Of a DNA stretch of 64,000 nucleotides, positions 10,946 through 23,846 are shown piece after piece. The stretch spans positions 6,386,001-6,450,000 of the forward strand of contig NC_043002.1 of assembly GCF_006345805.1 (NCBI RefSeq). The letters are read 5' to 3'. The number at the start of each line of letters is the position of its first letter. Within the stretch, counting starts at the first letter, position 1. The notes beneath the pieces are model-generated. The model saw only the letters and a list, made by a program, of their open reading frames with translations. It searched no databases and was not told the DNA's origin. Source of the DNA: Octopus sinensis. Taxonomy: Eukaryota. A program made the position numbers and the translations under genes.

Positions 10946-12009
10946 TCTCTCTCTTGTTCTTCATCCTTTCTGGCTTTCTCTCCCACCCTTCCTTATTCTA
11001 CTCCTCTCCTCTTCACCGTTCCCTCTCTCTCACTCTTCCTCCTTAACTCTCTTGTCGCTGACGTATTTTTCTGCCCATTTCCTTGCTAAAGACAACACGT
11101 GCTTATACCTGTCTCCTCTCAACAGCTCGTCCTCTTAGCATTCATAATAATTTTTCTATGATCTTGGCTTAACAGCCCTCACCGTTTATTTTTACTGTTT
11201 TGTTCTCACTGCCCTGTTCTTCTTTTCACTTTCACCCTCCACAAAATATCCCGAATTTTATTTAATTTGCTTTGCGGGAAGGACTGTTTCAATGAAGTTG
11301 CGTATTGTCCTTGCCTTCGCACACACGGAGTAGATGAAACAGGGACAACTGAAGAAGGGGAATATTCTTTATGTTGCATGTCTCGTTTCTCTGTTTTTTT
11401 CGTTGTTCGAAAAAAAGTTCGTTTTCTGTTTTTGTTTTAATGCTTTCGTTTCTTATTGTGTTCAACGTCTTTTTGATGTCCTGTACCCATATATGCATGT
11501 ATATATACATATATATATATAATATAGGTATGTACATATATGTATGTATATATGCATATATTTATATATTATTTATATTATATATGTGTGTGTGTTTGTG
11601 TGTGTGGAGTGAATATTCAAATGGATATCCATAAAGGTACTTTTATTATTATTATCTGCGATAAATTTAAATAATAGATAACAACAATAAAAATATAGGT
11701 GGCAGCAAGTAATAATAGTGTTCAATAGCTAGAGAATAAAAAGTTTACAATTATAATCAAGTATAACTATAATAAACGACACATATGCACCTACTTAGTA
11801 AAGAGGGAAGCTATATCCTCAAGTAAATCACTGGATTATACTGAAATATATATGCGTGTATATGTGTGTGTGTTCGCGCTTGTGTGCTTGTGTATATGGT
11901 TGTTTGTGTGTGTATGTATGTGTGCGTGTGGAGCTAGCCTGTGCTTGTGTATGTGTGTTTGTATGTATGTGCACGCGCTTACGTGCTTGTGTGTTTGTGC
12001 TTGTGTCTG

Positions 12010-12200
12010 GCCGCACGAGAACCGGCATTGGTGTGTTTACGTCCCCGCTGTTTAGCAAAAACCGATGGAACAAGTACTAGGCGTAACTAAAAAAAAAAAA
12101 CAGAAAAGAAAACTACTGGAGTCGATTCATTTGACTAAAACAAATTAGTCAATGCGGTGCCCCAGCATGGCCGCAGTCTTATGACTGAAACAAGTAAACA
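12010..12200 (+). mobile_element. SINE family D, 3' part
   Basis: GGTGTGTTTACGTCCCC...GCGGTGCCCAGCATGGCCGCAGTC..GACTGAAACAAGTAAA. Confidence 0.75.
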
Positions 12201-12361
12201 AAAAAGATACATACATACATGCATTTATACATACAGACGTCTAACTATTTCTTAACTACTTGCTTGTTACCTATTGAGAGTCTGTTGGGGTGTCTCTGTG
12301 CTTGCGTGTCTGCATTACAACAAATATATGGGTTGAATATATTCTTTTCCACTCCATTTTG

Positions 12362-12470
12362 GGGAGGGGGCCAATTGGTTAGATCGACCTCAGTACGCAA
12401 CTGATGCTTAATTTATCGAACCCGAAAGGATGAAAGGCAAAGTCCACCTCGGCGGAATTTGAACTCAGGA
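12362..12470 (-). mobile_element. SINE family C fragment
   Basis: CGAAAGGATGAAAGGCAAAGTCCACCTCGGCGGAATTTGAACTCAG. Confidence 0.8.
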
Positions 12471-12572
12471 ATATAGAGTACGTGTGTCTATTTGGCAAAA
12501 GAACGAAAAAAAATGACCATCCCGAAATATAACAATATATGTGTGTGTGTGTGTGTGTGTGTTTGCGTGTGA

Positions 12573-12613
<41 letters not shown>

Positions 12614-12624
12614 CGCGCGCGCGT

Positions 12625-13269
12625 GTGTTAATTGGTCCCTAGTGCAGGGGAAGAATGTTACTTTCTCGGACGAATCACCCTTTACCTCATCTCCGACCAC
12701 CAGCCGAGGATACACGTGGAGAGGGCCAAAAGAAGCATTTGACCCAGACTGCCTTCTTCCAACTGATAAACATAGAGGAGGATCTGTGATGATCTGGGTG
12801 GTTTCTCTTCGTGGCAAAATTAATAGCCAAGACAATTTAAGCATTTTATCTGATCAAATTCATCCTATGGTTGCGGAACTGTTTCCGCAATGAAACGCAA
12901 TCTTTCAGAATGATAATGCACCAATTCACACTGCTAAAGTTGTTATGGAAAGGTACGAGGAACATTCTACTGAAGTTGAACATCTTATCTAGCTACCAAA
13001 GTCCCCAGATCTCAGTAATATTGAACATTTATGGAGCATTTTAGAAAAACAAGTAAGGAGTCGATATCCTCCACCATCATCACGACAAGAACTGGAGACG
13101 GTTTTAGCTGAAGAATGGACAAAAATTCCTTTGGAAATAATTCAAACTTTGTACGAGTCCATAAGTCATAGAATCCAAGGTGTAATTACTGCTAAAGTCG
13201 GTCCTACCCCACATTAAAATAAATTTGTTTGAAATTTTAAGGTGTTTCCATTATTTTGTCCAACCACTG
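12625..13269 (+). mobile_element. Tc1-family (DD34E) transposon, 5'-truncated, with 3' TIR
   Basis: FSDESPF, GGSVMIW, FQNDNAPIHTAK, PKSPDLSNIEHLW motifs with stops; ends TTTTGTCCAACCACTG. Confidence 0.92.
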
Positions 13270-13279
13270 TGTGTGTATA

Positions 13280-13515
13280 TATATATAAATTAACAATTGA
13301 GGATAAAATCTTTAAAAGAAATTATCAGTAGTCAGCGTGAAAAACCTCGTAAGAGAAAAAATCCGTAAAATCTTCCTCTTTGAAAATATTCATTTATATT
13401 ATATTGAGGGTACTACTATTCGTAGATACCAGCACGCTAAGAGGGACCAAGCGGTCAAAACTACTAAAATAAACAAAATTTTACCGAATGCAAAACTTCA
13501 AAACACATCATTTTA
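13280..13515. mobile_element. TA-flanked unclassified segment with a degenerate hammerhead-like hairpin (possible Penelope-like fragment)
   Basis: CTAAGA GG GACC-AAGC-GGTC AAAAC at 13437-13461; single copy in the window. Confidence 0.25.
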
Positions 13516-13540
13516 AAAAAATTCAGTTACATATCACATT

Positions 13541-13594
<54 letters not shown>

Positions 13595-13686
13595 ATATAT
13601 ATATGATTATATTATACATATATATATATACATATATATATATATACAAACGTGTAAAAGAGTAGAACCTATATATATATATAGGT

Positions 13687-13805
13687 TCTACTCTTTTACA
13701 CGTTCAGTCATTTGACAACGGCCATTCTGGAACACCGCCTTTAGTCGAAGAACGACCTCATGACTTATTCTTTGTAAGCGTAGTACTTATTCTATCTAGC
13801 GATGT
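13687..13805 (-). mobile_element. SINE family D, 3' tail, cut by the assembly gap
   Basis: TACTCTTTTAC..TTCAGTCATTTGAC..GGCCATTCTGGAACACCGCCTTTAGTCGA. Confidence 0.8.
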
Positions 13806-13905
13806 NNNNNNNNNNNNNNNNNNNNNNNNNNNNNNNNNNNNNNNNNNNNNNNNNNNNNNNNNNNNNNNNNNNNNNNNNNNNNNNNNNNNNNNNNNNNNNN
13901 NNNNN
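13806..13905. other. Assembly gap (100 N)
   Basis: Run of exactly 100 N; sequences on either side may not be contiguous. Confidence 1.
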
Positions 13906-14879
13906 GGAGTTGGAGAGTGATTAAAGCAATGGTGTTGTATAACCCGTTCATTTGAGCCGTGTTTTGATGTCGTTCGGATGCTGTTTATGATTGGCGTCAT
14001 GTTGGCTTTGATCAGATGAAAGCCAACCGACTGGAAACAGCCTTGTATTTTACGGATACGGTGTATGTAGGGTTTTAATATTTCTTGCACCCTTGGAGTA
14101 GGAGATTCGGGTTGGAAATGAGGGGAAATTTTGCTGCTGCTATTCATAGAATGTCGAACGATCACCTTGAAGTTTTCTTTTGAAATATTTGGAATATTTC
14201 AAGTTACAACACAAAAACCTAATTGAGAAAAAGTAATCTACTTGAAATAATTTTAAACTATTATCCTTAAAGATAATTCCTTTTGATTAACTAAATATCC
14301 TCGCAGAAACTGTAAATGTTCATTTTATATTTATTACAAGTTTATAACAACACGACATCAAAGGCTTCAATCTAAAATATTCAAGTACGAGAAAGCTTTA
14401 GTGAAAGGAAAGTAGTTAATTATTTGCAATGAGTAATGAGATTAGTTTAAGTTATTTTCCCTACTTTCAACATTACAACAACAACAACATAAAAGAAACA
14501 ACAAATCCAAAGCCAAGACCAAAAGAAAAAAAAAAAATTGAAAGTTTATTTTTACATATCAAGATAGGGTTACGTCTTGCGATCGGAAAAAACAAACAAA
14601 AGGGCCAGGGTTTATTTTATCGGTAATAAATAAATTGAAGGAAAACAGTTAAAGTATTTCTTGTGTTTGTTTTAAAACGAAGGGAAAGGAAACGCAGTAA
14701 TTATATGAGCATGTGTTAGTTTACGGGTACGTGAGTATTACTGTGCACACATGTGGATACGGGTGAGATTCTTCGAGTAAATAAAGCTCGTTCGTAACGC
14801 CGGGTATGATTTGAACATTTTCTTTTATATGCGTGCATACACACGTATATGCATATTCATGCATACATGCTTGTGCGCG

Positions 14880-14914
<35 letters not shown>

Positions 14915-15123
14915 GTGCGTGCAATGTAGAGAGGGTTAAAATCCAAGTAAATCTGCTTATTTGAGTATTCCAAATCCGTATGTAGATGTTATGTATGTGT
15001 GAGGTTTGCATTAGAGCTGAAAATCGTTTTCTGCTGAATAATGATATCAAAACAGGTGATTGGTAACTAGTGAATAAAACATACATACATACATACACAC
15101 ATCTACATACATACATACATACA

Positions 15124-15159
<36 letters not shown>

Positions 15160-15746
15160 TATATATTTGTATATATTTTTATGTCTCGCTTATATATGTC
15201 TATATATGTATATGACTATGTACATGCGTCTGTATGTTTTAGTGTATATATGTATATTACAGATGGTTTAATATGTGAATATGCTGTTAAATGTATATGT
15301 AATCCAGGAGGAAAATTTCTAATTATTAATTTTTAAACGGATATAACTTTTAATGTATTAATTGTTTTATATTTTGCAAATAATTATTTACCATATGTAT
15401 TTAGATTCTGTCCTTTGATTTGGGGTCTTCTTCGATTTTATAATAAGATGATTTTATACTGAATTATGTTCATTGCATACTAAAGATCGTTAGTTGAAGG
15501 ATTCAATGAAATGAAACCATTTTCAAATGTGCACTCATTAAACTAATTGTATATGTTTGCTTATAACCTTCTTTCTGTTCCATTCTAAACGAAACTGTCC
15601 GACGAACTGAAACGTGAAACTCTGAGTAACAGTTTTTGCGATATTTCTGCTGCTTTCCAATAAAGCATATTATTCTACCTCTGGCTTCGATTACTTTTTC
15701 CACCTTGTTTCGCATTTATGTGCTTACTCCGGTATATATATATATA

Positions 15747-15792
<46 letters not shown>

Positions 15793-15809
15793 TAGATAGA
15801 TAGAGAATG

Positions 15810-16674
15810 ATCATCCTATAAATCATGGGTTTCAATTGTATGAACTAAAAGTCGAAAGGAGACGGGATAAACTACCTGCATCAACTTGCTATAAAAGCAG
15901 GTAGTAATTTTTACCTTGTTCTTATTCTTAGTGCAAGTTTTCAAGAGTTCGTTTCGAGTTTAACAGTTACTTTTTCAAAGCAATATTGGAAATTACAAAG
16001 GAGCATATTCGGGATATTTTGGTTTGTGAATCTAATAAAGGCAACAACGCAAAGGAAAGTGCGAGGTATCTTAATGCAGTATACGTGGATCATTACCACG
16101 AAAACCAATCCAGAAATTCCGAGCCGGAAACTATAGCTTAGAAGACGAGCCTCGTCTTGAAAGATCTGTAGAGCTCATCGAGGACGTCCTGCAAACGCTG
16201 GTGGAACAAAATTCCATTGTAACTACTGAGGATCTAGCAGAGAAGCTTGGGTTTGGTCATTCAACCAGTCATTCAAATGAGCACTAGAAGAAAAACGACC
16301 GTCTTTAGTTTCAAGACGGAAGGTGTTCTTCCATCAGGATAATGCCCGGAAGACATTCCAGAAGTTGGAGCAGTTTGAAAGGGAAACGATGCCCCACCCA
16401 CCATATTCGCCGGACATTGCACCACCTGATTATCATTTATTCCTCAGTCTTTATTTGGACGGAAAAGATATGAATTCTGTAGACGAGGTCAGAAGAGTAC
16501 TGAAGGAGTATTTTTCGTCACGCACAAGTGAATTTTGGAAGTTGGGCTTTGCAAGTCTACCAGACAGATGGAAGAGCATTGTAGGAAATGAGGGAGAGCA
16601 TATTTTAGATTAAAAAGAACTTAATTTTGAAAAATAAGAGTATAAAATAACGCATTATTTATGGAATGGCCCAA
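15810..16674 (+). mobile_element. Mariner (DD34D) element, internally deleted, with 3' TIR
   Basis: N-terminal part homologous to 9915-10200 is joined directly to FFHQDNAR...HPPYSPDIAPPDYHLF. Ends GCATTATTTATGGAATGGCCCAA|TA. Confidence 0.92.
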
Positions 16675-16809
16675 TATGTGTGTGTGTGTGCGCATGTGTG
16701 GTGTGGGCGCATGTGTATATATATATATGTATATACAGAGAGAGAGATAGAGAGAGATAGATGTATATATTGCTTATACATACATACATATACATAACAT
16801 GCATACCAA

Positions 16810-16895
<86 letters not shown>

Positions 16896-17490
16896 TATAT
16901 ATATAATATTTATGTTACAGTCGAATCAGAAATAATAATAAGTAATTCTGTAAGAGACACTGCATTTTAAAGGGTTTGATTACATTTGTAAACTGAATAA
17001 ATTCTTTTGCTATCAGCAGGTCGGATTAGAGACAACGAATTGAACAGAAAAATGATTCCTCAATAGTATGGATTAGAGACTATTAAAAAGTAATAATTAC
17101 TTATGTATTAAACGATCTAAGTTAATTGGTGCGAACATTACAGAAGTTCATTAACTAATAATTTGGGTGAATAACGACAAGATTTGTATAATTCAACAGA
17201 GATTATCAGTGGGAGAGAGAGAGAGAGAGAGAAAGACAGAAAAGGAAATAAAGTGATTGAGAGGGAGAAAGGGAGAAAGATGTAAGGTCAAGATACAAGT
17301 TGAATATGAAAAGAGAGAGGGAGAGAGAGAGAGGAATTTCTAACGATTCATTCATCGCTGTTAGTTTCGGATGTATGTATGTTAAAGTTAACTCAGCAGG
17401 AGTACAGTTCCATTATATATTATTTTCAATGCATGAAAATATAAAAAAATTGTATGATGTATCTCATGACACAACTATAAGTAAAGAGAA

Positions 17491-17872
17491 GGAGGCGCAA
17501 TGGCCCAGTAGTTAGGGCAGCGGACTCGTGGTCATAGGATCGCGGTTTCGATTCCCAGACTGGGCGTTGTGAGTGTTTATTGAGCGAAAACACCTAAAGC
17601 TCCACGATGCTCCGGCAGGGGATGGTGGTGATCCCTGCTGTACTCTTTCACCACAACTTTCTCTCACTCTTACTTCCTGTTTCTGTTGTACCTGTATTTC
17701 AAGGGGCCGGCCTTGTCACTCTCTGTGTCAATCTGAATATCCCCGAGAACTACGTTAAGGGTGCACGTGTCTGTGGAGTGCTCAGCCACTTACACGTTAA
17801 TTTCACGAGCAGGCTGTTCCGTTGATTCGGATCAACCGGAACCCTCGTCGTCGTAAACGACGGAGTGCTTCC
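17491..17872 (+). mobile_element. SINE family A, tail type 1, full length with TSD
   Basis: A and B boxes; TSD ATAAGTAAAGA at 17477-17487 and 17873-17883. Confidence 0.95.
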
Positions 17873-18061
17873 ATAAGTAAAGAAAATATGAACTGTGCAG
17901 AAAATATTTTAAATATAGTAACAGGTAGGACAAAATATTATTAATTATTTATGGTTGTAATATATAAATTTATTGGTTCTAATAGAAATGTTTGAATGAC
18001 GGTCGAAGATGGCAATTTCTGAATCGGGGAATAGAAATATTAGTAATTACAATTACGGGAC

Positions 18062-18260
18062 ACCATCATCATCATTGTTCGACCGCGGTCGAGACAATGG
18101 AATTTACTATGCTACGCCAGACTTCACGGTCCATCATAGCATTACGGAGGTCCTGTTGCTGGATGCCTGTATCAGGGTAGGAGAGTGTGCGCCCTCTGGA
18201 ATCGCGAGTAGATGGCTTCCAGAGGAGAAGAGCAGAAATTACCTCGTAAGGGACATGATG
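18062..18260 (-). mobile_element. RTE-clade LINE, 5'-truncated 3' end
   Basis: EVISALLLWKPSTRDSRGRTLSYPDTGIQQQDLRNAMMDREVWRSIVNSIVSTAVEQ* followed by a (TGA)n tail; typical RTE C-terminus. Confidence 0.85.
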
Positions 18261-18797
18261 CAGATATTTTAGAAGGAGTTAACGTTTTTATGATGACATG
18301 CACCTTTTTGGAGAATAATGTACCGAAGCACTTTTAATAGTAGCAAAATATTTTGTAAAATGTAGTGGGTAAATTTTCATCAAAGTGCTTACATGTAAGA
18401 AAAAGCTGCACACTTCTAAGTTATAAAAGGTATATTTTCCTTATAATGGGTGGCTTTAACAAGTAAGTGCTTAAGAAAAGAAATTACAATCAGGCAATCT
18501 ATATATTCATACTGTACGTATAGTGCGTTAAGGTGTATTGCATTCTGCGTGGAATTGTTATTTTGGGAGGCATGCAGATTGCAAAATATTGTTTTTTAGT
18601 TGGAATCGATTCGTAGAAGTTTTGTGTTGTAAAGGACGTGAGGACTCAAAAATGTTTCTAGCAAAAGCTAGCCTGGATATTTCTCTACATATTTCTTGTA
18701 TTAAGTATTTTATAACGACTCCTGGGTGATTGGAGTTAATATGTATATAACAATCATGGCGATTAATGTTGCGATAGATGCCTATCTCTAATGTTTA

Positions 18798-18842
<45 letters not shown>

Positions 18843-18878
18843 TATATAATAGAAATATGTTACACAATAATGTTATTC

Positions 18879-19080
18879 ATTTACTCGTTTCAGTTATTTG
18901 ACTGGGGCCATGAGCACCGCTTTTAGACCGAGAAATCGAGCCCTGGACTTATTCTTTGTAAGCCTGGTACTTATTCTATCAGTCGCTTTTGCCGAACCGC
19001 TAGTTACGGGGACGTTAAACGCTCCAACATCGGTTATCTCGTGGTGGCAGGTGGGGGACAAACACAGACACAGACATACA
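18879..19080 (-). mobile_element. SINE family D, 3' part
   Basis: TTTCAGTTATTTGACTGGGGCCATG..GCACCGC...TTTGCCGAACCGCTAGTTACGGGGACG. Confidence 0.8.
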
Positions 19081-19111
19081 CATAAGTATATACCTATATA
19101 TATATATACAT

Positions 19112-19174
<63 letters not shown>

Positions 19175-19539
19175 TATTTATATATATGTATATATGTGTG
19201 TGTGTGTGGTGTGTTTATATGTATGTATATATATGTATGTATACATATATATGGGTGTGTATATATATGCATATGTGTGTGTGTGTGTGTGTGTGTACGT
19301 ATTGAGCTGTATGGGTATGTGTGCCGTATACGGGTATGTATTCGAGTATGTATGTGTATAATGTATCCATAATGTGCAATCACCATCTCGTCATCGATTA
19401 AAACTTCTTCCTGTCTGCATAATTTGCATAATGTTTACGAATGTTGCAGACAGCAGCGCGCATGCGAAACACTGTCCACGTACACATTTTCTATATAAAC
19501 AAACATATTTTGACCCACACTATGAAGTAACTACCACAA

Positions 19540-19579
19540 CAACAACACAACAACACAACTATAAGCAGCAGCAGTAGCA

Positions 19580-19620
<41 letters not shown>

Positions 19621-19980
19621 TAATAATAATAATATAATAATAATAATAATAGAACAATAATAATAATAATAATAAGAATAATAATAATAATATAATAATA
19701 ATGATAATAATAATAACTAATAATAATAATAACAATAATAATAATAATAATGATGATGATAATAATAATAATAATAGTAATAATAAGAGGAAGAAGAAAA
19801 AGAAGAATAATGAGGGGGTGGGGGAGGAGAAGAAGAAGAAGAAGAAGAGAAGAAGAAGAAGAAGAAGAAGAAGAAGAAGAAGAAGAAGAAGAAGAAGAAG
19901 AAGAAGAAGAAGAAGAAGAAGAAGAAGAAGAAGAAGGACAACAACAGCAGCAGCAACAATGACAACAAATCCGACGACTT
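19540..19980. repeat. Compound (AAC)/(AAT)/(GAA)n microsatellite
   Basis: Direct reading. Confidence 0.95.
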
Positions 19981-20159
19981 CAACAATGGCTGCATCAGTA
20001 AGTCAGGTGTAGAATAATTTACCGATTGGCTGAATTTCTAGACTTGTCGACATTGCCATTTTCCATGAATTATATTTGAGTTTAAATTAAAGGAAATTGA
20101 TTTTAAACGGAAATACAATTCTTGGAGGAAACAGTCAAAAATAAATCGCACCATCCCCA

Positions 20160-20480
20160 CCACCAACACCATAGCCATTATCACCGCCACCACCATCACT
20201 ACCGTCGTTATTACCACTAACATTACTGGAACCAACATCACCACCACCACCGCCACCACCACCGCTACCACCACCTCTGCCGTACCAATTCGACCATCAC
20301 CATAACACCAACAGCAATAACGTCACCGCTTTTAGCAACGAAACGTATCACTCCCGCTATCATTACCACGAAAACCAATCCAAAATCATTGCCATCATTA
20401 TCATTACCATTACTAGGATTACAACCATCTCTAACCCCCAAAACAACAATAGCTATCATGGCAACAACAACAACAACAAT
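20160..20480. repeat. Degenerate (ACC)/(ATC)/(AAC) low-complexity tract
   Basis: Direct reading. Confidence 0.8.
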
Positions 20481-20561
20481 GATAGTTATAAACATTTGTA
20501 CTATAGGAACGAAGGCTGAAATTTTGGAGGAAGGGAATGGTCGATTGCATCATCTCCAGAA

Positions 20562-20742
20562 TATGTCTGCCGTTACGTTCTGAGTTCAAATACTGCCGAG
20601 GTCGACTTTGCCTTTCATCCTTTCGGAGTCGTTAAATTAAGTACCAGTTTGGCACTTGGGTCGTTGTAATCGACTTAATATTTTTGTGTGTCCTTGTTTA
20701 TCCCTTCTGTGTTTAGCCCCCTTGTGGACAATAAAGAAATAT
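20562..20742 (+). mobile_element. SINE family C, 5'-truncated
   Basis: GTCTGCCGTTACGTTCTGAGTTCAAAT...GTCGACTTTGCCTTTCATCC...CAATAAAGAAAT. Confidence 0.9.
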
Positions 20743-20754
20743 GTATGTGTCTGG

Positions 20755-20890
20755 TACCTATTTATCGATTCCCCAATAAATGAAATTCGAAGTTTATCTC
20801 GATGGAATTTGTATTCAAAACATAATTAACCGGAAGAAATGCTGCTAAGCATTTTTCTTGACACACTGGCGATTCTGCCAGCTCACCGCC
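20755..20890 (-). mobile_element. Old SINE family C 5' fragment
   Basis: GCTAAGCATTTT...CGATTCTGCCAGCTCACCGCC. Confidence 0.65.
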
Positions 20891-20937
<47 letters not shown>

Positions 20938-20938
20938 C

Positions 20939-20989
<51 letters not shown>

Positions 20990-21089
20990 CTTCACTTGCC
21001 CTAGGGCGCTGGGTGTGTTCCGGCAAGTGATTGCATCAAACATGCAGATTAAAAGTAATGACAATAATAATAATAATAATAATAATAAT

Positions 21090-22690
21090 GGAATTATAGA
21101 ATATCAAAGGAAAGAACTGATGAAAATGGATACGAAGACAAGTATAGTGTTGACAGTGCACGGAGCCTTCTACCCTAAGAGTGACACCGATAGGCTGCGT
21201 GTGTCGAGAAGAAAGGGTGGGAGAGGCTTAATCGGTTGCCAGGATTGTATCGAAGCAGAGGATAACAGCTTAGCATGGTATATAAAAAATATTGTGGAAC
21301 CATTGTTGAAACATGTGGAGGCGGCCGGCGTCATTAAAACTGATAAAGAAAGAAAAAACTTAAAGAGGAAAAAACACAAAAAGGAAACAACATGGAAAAA
21401 GAAAAAAAAATGTATGTCAATCTGCAGAGATACAAATATGCGCGGCTCAAGAGCAAGCGTTAAGGATAACTCTGCGTGTGTCGAGAAGAAGGGTGGAGAG
21501 GCTTAATCGGTGCAGGATGTATCGAAGCAGAGGGATAAAAGCTTAGCATGGTATAAAAAAAATATTGTGGAACCATTGTTGAAACATGTGGAGGCGGCCG
21601 GCGTCATTAAAACTGATAATTATGTAAAGAAAGAAAAAACTTAAAGAGGAAAAAACATAAAAAGGAAACAACATGGAAAAAGAAAAAAAAATGTATGGTC
21701 AATCTGCAAGAGATACAAATATGCGCGGCTCAAGAGCAAGCGTTAAGGATTAACTCTGTGAAGTGCAGAATCGACGACACTACCGACAGCGACAGATGCG
21801 AAATGTGTGGTGAGAGTGGTGAAACGGTATGGCACATCGTTAGCAAATGCCCGAAATTGGCACAACACGAAAAGAAAAGGCGAAATGAAAATGTATGGAG
21901 GGGGGGGGAATGATCCATTGGAAGCACTGCTTACAAATCACGGCTTACAAAGAGCAAAGAGCAAGCACTAAAAACCAATTACATCAAACACAGAATAGAC
22001 AACACACCAGAAAGTGATAAGTGCAGAATATGTGGACAAATGGTGAAAGTGTATGACATAGTACCAGTCAATGTATGCCACTAACCCACAAAGAATATGA
22101 GAGACGTCATGGCAAAATAGCAAGGATTGTCCATTGGACACTTTGCAACAAATGACTTGACAGAGCAAAAAAGTGGTACGAACATAAATCCGAAAGTATC
22201 ATCGAAAATGATAATGCAAAAATGGTATGGGATTTTATGATTCAGTGCGACCATGTGATAGAGAATAGGAAGCTAGATATAGTGATAATTGAGAAAGAAA
22301 GCAAACGATGCTGGATATCATAGACATAGCATGCCTACTTGACAACAAGGTATGCGATAAGAAAGAAAGAAAAGTCGATATATATGGCAGGTTAGCTTGA
22401 GAGGTTAAGCAGTTGTAGTCAATGAAAAAGGTGGTAGTAGTACCAAAATTTGTCGTAGCCTTGGGAACTGTGAGAAAAATCTTGAGAAATACGTGGAACA
22501 AATAAGGGCTGCAATAAGGATGTAGCACTTGCAGAAAACAGCACTGCTTGGAACCGCTCGAATACTCCGGATGGTGTTCGAACAATAAGGGTATTACCTT
22601 AGTTCACTGGTAGTGAACAGCTGGTACCGTAGTACATCTCCAACGTTAGAAGCAGTGCAAAGACAATAGATAATAATAATGATAATAATA
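21090..22690 (+). mobile_element. R4/Dong-like non-LTR retrotransposon, 5'-truncated, rearranged, inserted in (AAT)n
   Basis: KSDTDRLRVSRRKGGRGL; CEMCGESGETVWHIVSKC (CCHC); WDFMIQCDHVIENRKLDIV..IIDIAC (RLE); LQKTALLGTARILR; (AAT)n on both sides. Confidence 0.9.
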
Positions 22691-23370
22691 AATCGTCATA
22701 GGCACAGTATTCTGTGAGAATCTAAACGATGTGTTGCATATTTATTGTGGCGGATTTGAATGTCAATTTGATAATTGGTGTTGAGTTTCATCACAGGAGA
22801 ACAGCTTATGCTTTATGACAAATAAGTATGTATAACAATCTTAATTAATCAGTGCAAGAAGCTCTGGGATAGCCGGGGTTTTGAAACCATTGTCTCGTCA
22901 GCCAGCAGTACCGAACTAATGAATCAGGTAGGAATCTAATAATTCTAATACTAATACGTATACATATACACACTCAAAACATATACATACTCAGAAATAC
23001 ACACATATATGCACCCCCCCCACACACACACACAAACAAACAAATAGACAGATAGATATAGGAACGGATAGGTAGATAGATGGATTGATAGATATAGACT
23101 TCCACTTGTATAAATAATACAAAGATAATATACTACCTTGTGTGTATGTATGTATATATGTATATGTGTGTGTGTGTTTGTGGATATACGTTTTCATACG
23201 GATAAATATTGACGCACACTTTTACGCAAAGGTATTCACACAAATATAAATACAAGCTGAGGTACATGTTTTTATGCGAACTTTAGTGTTTGTGTGTATC
23301 TAATATCAAAATAAAACTGGAAATTCATTTGTAAATTTTTATAATTGCATAAAGTATACTAGTATGATAT

Positions 23371-23647
23371 CACCGTGATCACCGTGACCGATCAGGTTAT
23401 CAGATGTTGCTACACATCGCTGGTCACAATGCGCCATCCCGCTGGCTAGGCGAGCAGGCCACCAGAAAGATTGAGAGAAAGTTGTGGCGAAAGAGTACAG
23501 CAGGGATCGCCACCATCCCCTACCGGAGCCTCGTTGAGCTTTAGGTGTTTTCGCTCAAAAAACACTCACAACGCCCAGTCTGGGAATCGAAACCGCGATC
23601 CTACGACCACGAGTCCGCTGCCCTAACCACTGGGCCATTGCGCCTCC
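23371..23647 (-). mobile_element. SINE family A, tail type 3, with 13-bp TSD
   Basis: Family A head and body with a third tail (..GATGTGTAGCAACATCTGATAACC..TCACGGTGATCACGGTG). TSD ACTAGTATGATAT at 23358-23370 and 23648-23660. Confidence 0.9.
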
Positions 23648-23846
23648 ACTAGTATGATATACTATGCGGTAATAGTTACAAAGAATGTTGCACAATCACT
23701 AGATACTCCAGGTCATCAAAATAAAGCAGCAATGCATAGTTAATTGCCAACGTTATTTAGTATGAAGACACTTATAAATACTGCACGTCAAAGACTTTGA
23801 ACTTAGCGTATGTACGTTAATTTCCACAAACTTAGACTATATAAAT

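Noticed and set aside
17491-17570. tRNA-like sequences at SINE heads
   Set aside because: They continue into SINE bodies with TSDs and lack a 3' acceptor stem; not tRNA genes.
17992-18272. Plus-strand ORFs that look protein-like, including a presequence-like MLRQTSRSIIALRR
   Set aside because: The minus strand is a recognisable RTE C-terminus with tail; these are antisense shadows.
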